NCBI GenBank assembly: GCA_963786955.1
Contig: CAWBAT010000006.1
Span: forward strand, 96,001-160,000
Length of the DNA stretch: 64,000 nt
From: an uncultured Acidimicrobiia bacterium
GTDB taxonomy: Bacteria; Acidobacteriota; Terriglobia; Versatilivoradales; Versatilivoraceae
Reading direction: 5' to 3'
Position 1 is the first letter of the stretch; every line of letters starts with the position of its first letter. Shown here one piece after another: positions 56,743 through 64,000 of this stretch. The notes under the pieces are model-generated. The model was not told where the DNA came from. It did not search any database and saw only the letters and a program-made list of their open reading frames with translations. A program made the translations under genes and the position numbers.

Positions 56743-57023
56743 ATCCGAAATTTACTGGTCCTCGTTCCTCTATAAGGTCGCAGTGTCTTGGGCGAAAGCG
56801 CGAGCGCCAAACATGGCAACAACAGCGCTCCGCCCTTCGATACTCCACCTGCAGTCGAGAGCTTGCGAGTGACAACGCGACTTGGCCCACCGGATGGATC
56901 TGTAGGGCTACACTGAGTTGAGTGCCAGGTCACGACGGGTCGCCCGTAGGGTACTAGACTCCGAGCCTGGTGCTTGGGCCCAAAATACTGGCGACGCTCA
57001 GGATCGGAGCGTAAAATCGGTTC

Positions 57024-58811
57024 ATGAATTCGACCGCACACCGCTTGACCTTTGCACTTCTTGCCCTGCACGGGATCCTGCTTCTCGTCACACTGCCGGA
57101 TTACTTTGTCAGCATCGATTCGGGTTACCACGTGTCGCTGGCGCGCTGGTATGGCGAACATGGTACTGCCTGGTGGGACCATATCAACTATGGCCCCGGC
57201 GGTCGGCCGAATCTGCAGGGCCCGCTGATGCACATGGCCATCGGGTACCTGGGCCGCATGCTGGGCGGCGACGGCATGGATTATGTGCATGCCAATGCGA
57301 TGCTAGCGCTGTTTCAATGGGCGGCCGCCATGTTTACGGCTTGGTTCTTCGCCAGGCGCTGTGGGGGCGATTGGGCTGCGCTGTTCACCATCGCGCTGCT
57401 TTCCGGTGCGCTGTTCGCTTCGATCTCCTTCGCGGTTGGCATCCCTTCCGGCTGGATCTTCATCTTCTCGGCATGGGCGGCCTGGTATTTCGTCGAGGGT
57501 CGGCTGCCGCTTGCCATCCTGTTCACAACAGCTGCCATCTATACGCATCTTGGGGGTTACGCGATGGCGCCGGTGGCCGTGTTCGTCGCGGCGGTGATTA
57601 CCCGCAGGTGGAGAGCTCTCGTAATCGTGGGGGCTGCAACGGCGATTCTCACCAGCCCGTATACCGTTCATTTCCTGGGCAACCTCGAGTGGTACCGCGG
57701 AAGACGCGGTGACGAGGCTCTGATGCTAGCTCCGCTCACCTACATCCCTGCCGCCTTCGGGATCGTTCAGCTGCTGCGCGAGCCCCGCAAAAACGTTTTC
57801 CTGCTGGCATGGCTCGCGGCCCCGACGGCCTGGATCGCGCAAGACTACAAGAGATTCCTGCTGCAGGCACCCCTCGTGCTCGCAGTGATCGCCGGTGTCG
57901 AGCTCGCCAGGATGCGTGAACAGATAGCGCCTCGGTTTCGAAATGCCTTTGTGGCCAGCCTGGTTGCGCTCGCCACAATCTTTCCTCTGACGCTGCCCGC
58001 CTGGGCATTTGAGCTGATGTGGAATTTTGGCCCGCGCAGCCCGCGGATGCTCGACTGGAACGAACGGAAACAGCTCGCGGAGGTGATCGGCCGCGCAAGT
58101 TTGAACGATCGGCTCGTAAACGTGTGGAACCCGACGCAGTGCATCGCGATGGCCGTGTTTGTACCGATGATGTTTGAGGGCGGCCACTGGGTAGAGGTTC
58201 AGCCGCGCGTGTATTCCGCGCGGCTGCTTTCCGCTGGCGTGAAGGTCTACGCGCTCCCCGTCCCGCCGGACGATCCGGTCCTCCGCGATCTCGCAGGAGC
58301 GGGTTTTCTCACGATCCATGGTGGCACGTCGCTGAACTCGATCACGACACTGAACGGTCCGGCGCCACTCGAGGCCGCGGCCCGGAGCTTGGCGCGCATC
58401 GGAGCCCAGGAGGCTGACTGGCTGGCAAAATACTCGGAGAACAACCGCATGCCGAGTGTCAGGGAGTTGCTCTCGGTCGAGGCCGTGAGGCGTTACCGTT
58501 CCCGCGCCCGCGAGCAGCGGACCCGCGCCGGCCGGATTAAGACAGCCATCCTGGTGTACGCGTATGCGCTCGAAAAGGATTACCCGGACCATGCGCGCGG
58601 AGCACGCGGCTCAGCCGACGGTTTCGGCGAACTGGCGAACCTTCTGGGGGACGAAGCAACTCTCGACTTCCGGACCGAAGCCGATCACCGGCAGCTCAAG
58701 GCCAACCTTGCCCAATTTGCGCGTGAGATCCGTTGTTTCGATACACAGGTGTTGCCCACCGCTGAAATGGACCGTATCAACCAAAAGGTATTCCACGAGT
58801 ACTTCCGGTAA
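57024..58811 (+). CDS. Polytopic membrane protein, GT-C (AglB/STT3-like N-terminus) candidate
   Basis: TM1 then SIDSGYH..WWDHINYGPGGRP loop, about 10 TM helices, soluble C-terminal domain. Confidence 0.55.
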   Translation: MNSTAHRLTFALLALHGILLLVTLPDYFVSIDSGYHVSLARWYGEHGTAWWDHINYGPGGRPNLQGPLMHMAIGYLGRMLGGDGMDYVHANAMLALFQWAAAMFTAWFFARRCGGDWAALFTIALLSGALFASISFAVGIPSGWIFIFSAWAAWYFVEGRLPLAILFTTAAIYTHLGGYAMAPVAVFVAAVITRRWRALVIVGAATAILTSPYTVHFLGNLEWYRGRRGDEALMLAPLTYIPAAFGIVQLLREPRKNVFLLAWLAAPTAWIAQDYKRFLLQAPLVLAVIAGVELARMREQIAPRFRNAFVASLVALATIFPLTLPAWAFELMWNFGPRSPRMLDWNERKQLAEVIGRASLNDRLVNVWNPTQCIAMAVFVPMMFEGGHWVEVQPRVYSARLLSAGVKVYALPVPPDDPVLRDLAGAGFLTIHGGTSLNSITTLNGPAPLEAAARSLARIGAQEADWLAKYSENNRMPSVRELLSVEAVRRYRSRAREQRTRAGRIKTAILVYAYALEKDYPDHARGARGSADGFGELANLLGDEATLDFRTEADHRQLKANLAQFAREIRCFDTQVLPTAEMDRINQKVFHEYFR

Positions 58812-58841
58812 GTTGCGACGCCCACCCGCAATGGCTCTGGT

Positions 58842-58912
58842 CGTATTACGGCGTAACCGGAGTTTGAGGAGCTGTCGAACGGCATTGGCTCCCAATCTCC
58901 GGTTTATCGACT
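58842..58912 (+). repeat. 71-72-bp hairpin element, copy 5 (subtype II)
   Basis: CGTATTACGGCGTAACCGGAGTTTGAGGAGCTGTCGAACGGCATTGGCTCCCAATCTCCGGTTTATCGACT. Confidence 0.8.
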
Positions 58913-59169
58913 GTTGAGGATTTATGCCAAGGACTCAAGGCAAACCTTGTTGAATCAATCTCGTGTACCCTGATAAATTCGCGACTGTGCAACTCGGTCT
59001 CAAAACGAAATGAAATAAGGATTTCTACACAAGCATTACGTCAATTCTGCCATTTGCCTTTCAGCCTGAACTGCAATAGTTTTGTGTAGTGAGATTTTTT
59101 ATGGCTACCGTGGAAGTGAGGCAGGCGTACTCTCTCCGTCGCGATTCCCACCCAATAAGGAGCACACTT

Positions 59170-61484
59170 ATGAAGATGAACTCTTTCCTCCTCTTCGCTC
59201 TTCCTGTCTTTCTCCTGTGCGGCTTTCACACCAATTTTTCCTTTTCACTGCCTCGTCAGGAGCGAAGCCCCGATCCCTTTCAGAACGGATTTCTCTCGGC
59301 TGAGATCAAGATGTACAACGGTGCCCCAACTCTCTTCTTGGATGGAAGACCTGTGTTCTATGGTGCATGGTGGGTTTCTCCCCCCACAAACGAGGGATGG
59401 GCTGCCTCCGATGTTACGAAGATGAACGCGGTGGAGACAGGCATTCACATCTATGCTTTCGACGTCGGTTCGACGGAGTGGTGCGGTCCCGCTTGGGGCC
59501 GACTAGCCCACTACGATTTTTCTACCGTACAAGCGCGATTCAATCGAATCCTTGAAGCAGATCCCAAAGCCCTATTTCACTTGCGAATCAACCTCGAGAT
59601 GAGCGAGCCGCAGTCCCAATGGTGGCACAATCTCTACCCGGAAGAACGGGAGATCCTCTCCGATGGTACTCCACACAGACAGTCCTTCGCGTCCGCCGTG
59701 TGGCGTGAACAGGTAAAGGATTTTCTACGGGCATACGTCGCTCATCTTAAGAAAATCGGTGTCTTCAATCGCGTTGTCTCTTATCAGGTGGGAGCCGGTC
59801 ACACAGGCGAATGGGTGAAAGGCAAGCTATCGATGTTCTTCCTGACCGGTGACTACAGCAAGCCGATGAAGCGTCACTTCCAGGCATGGCTGCGAGAGCA
59901 CTACAACAATGATGAAGGAGCGCTGAGGAAAGCATGGAACAAACCTGAGTACAGTTTTGAGATTGCGGAAGTTCCCTCAGGCCTCGAGCAATTCGAAACA
60001 AAGCAGATGACGTTCCGCGACCCGAATCAGGAACAGAACGTCATCGACTACTACCTTTGTCTCGCAGATCTCTGCGGAAGCCTCGTCGTCGACTTCTGTC
60101 GCACGGTGAAGGAAGCGACCGGAGGTAAAGCTCTAGCGGGTGCTTTCTTTGGCTATCTGATGGAGCTTGCATGGAATGCAGGTTTCTTTGCCGAGGGACC
60201 GGCAAGTCCGTACTCGACGTATCAACGGAGCGGACACTTGGGGCTGGGACACGTTCTTGAATCGTCCTCTGTCGATTTCCTGGTGAGCCCATACAGTTAT
60301 GGCTTCCGCGGCATCGGGGGCGAAGGATGCAGCATGCTCCCCACAGAGTCGCTCCGCCTCCACAACAAGATCTACCTCATGGAGGATGACACACGCACTC
60401 ACATGGATAATGATCCTGCTTATGGACGCGCGCGCAATCTGGCGGAATCACGTACGATTCTCCGCCGCAACTTCGGCTACGTGGCCACTCACGGACAAGG
60501 GCTCTGGTGGTTGGTGAACAAGGGCGCAGTGGAGAGCAGTCTCGAGCCCGCATTCACCCCGATGCTCAAGGAGTTTCAGCAGCTGGGTAACTTCGCGCTC
60601 AAAACAGACCGGTCGCCAAGCGCTGAGATCGCCGTGCTTCTAGATGATGAAAGTTTCTTCTACGAGACGGTCCGGAATGAGCTGGACGTGCCGCTGATCT
60701 TCCACCAGAGGCTGATAGGGCTTCCCCGTTTGGGCGCTCCCTATGACGTCTATCTCCTCAATGATTTCATCAAGGGCCGGCTCCGGCCCTACAAGCTCTA
60801 CATTTTCCTGAATGCGTTTAGATTGGATGGGACCCGGAGAGAGTCTCTGAAAAACAGCGCAAGGATGGCCGGACAGCAGTGTGGATCTATGCCCCCGGGT
60901 ACATCAAGGACACAGCGTCAGTCGAACACATGAAGGATCTTACCGGTTTCACTTTTGTGGAGAACAGCCATCCGTGGCCGAGCTTCCTCCACATCACGAA
61001 TTTCAATCATCCCATCACGGCTCGTCTTCCTCAAGATCTCTTCTGGAACACCGACAGCTACCTCGGTCCGCTCTTCCATCTGGCAGACAGCGACGCTCAA
61101 GTGCTCGGCGACGTCGTTATCGCGCAGGGGACTTGCCAACCCGGATTTGCAGTCAAGGCGTTCCCAACCTGGACATCGATCTATGTGGCAGTACCGAACA
61201 TCCCTGCGCAAGTCTTGAGGGGAATCGCCCGTTTTGCCAAAGTCCACATCTATAACGACGAAGGCGATGTGCTGGATGCAAGTCGGAACCTGCTGAGCGT
61301 CCATACCGTCTCAGGCGGAGAACGAACCTTCAACTTGCCTTCGAAGGCCGAAGTTGTGTATGACCTTTTCGAAAGGAAGGTCATCGGCAGAGATACGGAT
61401 CGCTTCAGGGTAACGCTCTCGCCGGGTTCAACGGCGCTTTACTTCGCCGGCAAGGAGTCGCTCATTGTGCAATTTCGAAAATGA
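59170..61484 (+). CDS. Secreted beta-galactosidase-like glycoside hydrolase (clan GH-A/GH42-like; frameshift near 60850)
   Basis: SFASAVW, GAGHTGEW, FQAWLREHY..LRKAW, DFLVSPYSY, MEDDTRTH, trimerisation-like C-terminal domain in ORF 60879..61484. Confidence 0.75.
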
Positions 61485-61678
61485 AGCCCGGGTCGCCCCC
61501 GCGCCGAACAAGAAGGAAACTCGTAGGCGGACAACAGGTCAGCGCTTGCCAGCCCGATGCGGCACGCAGCGCCGGTGACAGGGGCTACACGAGCTGTGAG
61601 GTTCACCTTCATCCTGCTACCAGACTGGCATCCTCGAACCAGCAAGTTCAACCCGCGTTTTGTTCTTTGCGCATGAGT

Positions 61679-62749
61679 TCAAAGCTGGTCCGCCCATGGC
61701 GTTGGTGTCAGCAACCTTTTCGCCACTTGTTCGATCTCTAACCGGGGGCCACGAAAGGCCCACACCTGCGCTGCGTCCTCGCACCTCGTCTGTCCCGTGC
61801 CGTAGCCGATGGCTGGGATGTGGTATTCCAGTTCGCTGAACGCGCCGAGCTGGCTGTTCACGTTGCAGGCCTGAACCGCAAAGCCGAAATAGTCGGTTTC
61901 CCTCCAGGGCACATCCACGTACTCACCAGATGGGTTCACGAGAAGATTGCGGATGATCAGCGCCCAGCGGTCGCCCGTCTGGTAGAGGTAGCCGATGCGA
62001 TTGCAGATGGACACCGCGCGAACGCTAATCTTGTGCTCGCCTTTTTGTCTCATGCGATAGCGGATCAAGCGGTCGGTCGTAATCAGATCCTCAGGCGGGA
62101 TCGTTCCCAACGTGCTAAAGATGTGGCGCGGTTCGGTGCGGCCGAACGTGGGCATCAAGAGATCACCTCCATGTGGCATCTGGATGAGATTCCAGAGGCC
62201 AACCTGGTCATGCGTGCGGCGGCTCGCACCGAGGAGTGCGAGCGACGTGTACTGAGTGTAACCGGCATAATCGACGCCTTGAAGCTTTAGCCCCCGTTCG
62301 TGCCGCAACGGGTTCGACGCCGGGCCAAAGCTTTTCGTGATCTTCAGGTTTAAGTTCTTCTTTGACCGTGAGAAGTTCACCGTGAGGCGGTTTACCAGTT
62401 TGATTCCGTCCCGGGTTTCAACCACTTGGTAGCTACCAGGATCAAGTGAACGCTGCTGGAAGTACTTGTCGAGGTTGGGAAAGTTTGGGAAAAACAAGTC
62501 GACCTCGGGTCCAAGCCAGGTGCGGTCGCCGCCGGAATTGTGCCACTGGTCGCTCGCATAAAACTCCCTGGCGGCCTGCACCGTCTCCAAGGCCGTGTTT
62601 GTCCAGTAAAAATTCTCGTGGCTGTTGGCAGAAAACAGGCCGAGCACGCGGCCACCGTAAGACAGCACGAGTACCCTCGTGCCGTCAGGGGTGTGGTAAA
62701 GCTCCGTCGGTTTGCCAACCTTGCGGAGGACGTCGACAAGTTTTTTCAT
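61679..62749 (-). CDS. Hypothetical beta-rich protein (possible mutarotase-like fold)
   Basis: VLSYGGRVLGL, WHNSGGDRTWLGPE, FSELEYH; directly downstream of rhaT-like gene. Confidence 0.7.
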   Translation of the reverse strand: MKKLVDVLRKVGKPTELYHTPDGTRVLVLSYGGRVLGLFSANSHENFYWTNTALETVQAAREFYASDQWHNSGGDRTWLGPEVDLFFPNFPNLDKYFQQRSLDPGSYQVVETRDGIKLVNRLTVNFSRSKKNLNLKITKSFGPASNPLRHERGLKLQGVDYAGYTQYTSLALLGASRRTHDQVGLWNLIQMPHGGDLLMPTFGRTEPRHIFSTLGTIPPEDLITTDRLIRYRMRQKGEHKISVRAVSICNRIGYLYQTGDRWALIIRNLLVNPSGEYVDVPWRETDYFGFAVQACNVNSQLGAFSELEYHIPAIGYGTGQTRCEDAAQVWAFRGPRLEIEQVAKRLLTPTPWADQL

Positions 62750-62763
62750 GGCACGGAACTCGG

Positions 62764-63804
62764 TCAGGACTTGGCCAGATTGCTGGAATAGGCCATGATA
62801 ATTGCGGCAATGATCAGAATGATGATGGCCGTGTACATCTGCCGGCGCGGCTTGCCCTGCACGCCGCGCCACTCGCCGCTGATGAATCCGAGGCCCTGTC
62901 CGCCGAGCATTTGCGACGCCTGCTGGATGCCGAAGCCGACCGAGGCCCCCAGCGCTCCGAACAGCAACATGCCTTTACCCATCAGCACAATGCCAAGGGC
63001 CATGTTCGCGCCGATGATCGCGGCCAGTCCGAGTTCTTTTCCACTCCGCGCGAGCACACCCAACGACTTGTTCCTGGCCATCAGGTAAAGCGGATAGATC
63101 AGATTGATCAGTGCGCCACCAAGCAGACCCACGGACCAGACGGCGAACGTGGCCGGGACATCACCTGCACCGTTGGCTTTCATGGCGGCAACGATCGGTC
63201 CCTGTCCATAAACAAAAGCCAGCGCCATTCCGCAGGAAAGAACCCCCGCCACAATCGTCATCACGAGTCCGCCGGAAAAACTACCTGAGGTCTGCTGCAG
63301 ATTCTGCAACAGCGCGTCTCGACCAAAGCCGGCCAGCGACGCAAATACAACGCCAACAAGCATCACCGCCACCCCGGCCAGCGCCGTCAGTCCGGCGGGT
63401 GAGCCGAGGTCCGGCGCGTCCTGGAACAGGCCCGAACCCTTCACGATCATCGGCACCGTCACACCCACCGAAACGCCCAAGCCGGTAAGGATGGCCCCCG
63501 TGAGCGCCACGCCGATCCGCACAAAGCAAAGGCCGCACAACACGTTGGCTACACCCCACCCGGCGGCCCACAGGTTAGCTGTGATCAAGCTCCGGACCGG
63601 TACCCGGCCGTAAGCAGAGAAAGCCCCGGGACACCCCAGCAATGTCACGGTCCAGGGGACGATCACCAAACCGACTAACATGCCAATGAACCACCAGTGC
63701 TCAAACTGGAACTTCTTGATCAGTTTCATCGGCCAGGCACCGCTGCCGATCAACAGGCCCGCAAAAGCAACGAGCACGATTCCTAGAAGCTGAGCGGATG
63801 ACAT
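62764..63804 (-). CDS. rhaT: L-rhamnose/proton symporter RhaT family
   Basis: PMKLIKKFQFEHWW, WGVANVLCG, GFISGEWRG; about 10 TM helices. Confidence 0.85.
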   Translation of the reverse strand: MSSAQLLGIVLVAFAGLLIGSGAWPMKLIKKFQFEHWWFIGMLVGLVIVPWTVTLLGCPGAFSAYGRVPVRSLITANLWAAGWGVANVLCGLCFVRIGVALTGAILTGLGVSVGVTVPMIVKGSGLFQDAPDLGSPAGLTALAGVAVMLVGVVFASLAGFGRDALLQNLQQTSGSFSGGLVMTIVAGVLSCGMALAFVYGQGPIVAAMKANGAGDVPATFAVWSVGLLGGALINLIYPLYLMARNKSLGVLARSGKELGLAAIIGANMALGIVLMGKGMLLFGALGASVGFGIQQASQMLGGQGLGFISGEWRGVQGKPRRQMYTAIIILIIAAIIMAYSSNLAKS

Positions 63805-63831
63805 GGTGTTACTTTCGCTCGTACAGACCTT

Positions 63832-64000
63832 TCAAACTCTGGACACGCAGCCTTGGCCGAAATGCGCGCTAGATTCGTTGCGGAAGTCGGAGATGAACTA
63901 GATCCGGGACGTCGTGCCGCCGTCCGCAATTATCATCTGGCCGATGAAGTTGCCAACATCCTCCGAGCAGAGAAGGACCGCGAGCTTGACGATCTCGACC
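63832..64000 (-). CDS. C-terminal end of SDR-family oxidoreductase (partial; in-frame TAG at 63898-63900)
   Basis: VEIVKLAVLLCSEDVGNFIGQMIIADGG; frame continues 21 codons past the TAG to TGA. Confidence 0.7.

Noticed and set aside
57168-57190. WWD as the OST WWDYG motif
   Set aside because: It lies in the first loop, not the C-terminal domain
47398-58912. Hairpin array as CRISPR or canonical integron
   Set aside because: Spacing is kilobases, repeats are divergent, no cas or intI, and no paired AAC/GTT R boxes
47398-58912. Element ends (CCGGTTAC.CGAC) as group II intron 3' ends
   Set aside because: No domain V upstream, no clear bulged A, no RT
63898-63900. TAG as pyrrolysine or stop-codon reassignment
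   Set aside because: TAG terminates other genes here normally (for example 4865, 12111, 19468, 56570); no pyl genes seen

Overview
64-kb bacterial chromosomal segment; gene content suggests Acidobacteriota (inference). Core blocks: ribF, two MacB/FtsX permeases, a pfk-ppdK-glyS-glyQ-recO cluster, xerD, lpxD-murJ, thiS, an unusual nuoE-J-K-L-M-N cluster and tRNA-Thr(CGT). Two accessory regions: (i) about 4.2-16.3 kb with an IS200-like HUH transposase in inverted palindromic arms, a doubly truncated rlpA-DUF350-slt-lipoprotein piece, tandem arylsulfatases and a Doc-type TA pair; (ii) about 47.1-64 kb downstream of tRNA-Thr with an IS630, a dockerin-domain protein, GH38, a GT-C-like membrane protein, a beta-galactosidase-like protein and RhaT. 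Many essential genes are frameshifted, most likely by long-read indel errors. The most notable signal is five same-orientation 71-72-bp hairpin elements with conserved ends and covarying stems that punctuate the tRNA-Thr island like cassette boundaries but do not fit the integron attC consensus. Also seen: two MITE families carrying REP doublets (one nested in another repeat and one splitting a gene, with reconstructable empty sites), a candidate anti-SD sRNA before the tRNA, and a G-skewed block inside nuoL. All calls are from reading the sequence; no searches were run.
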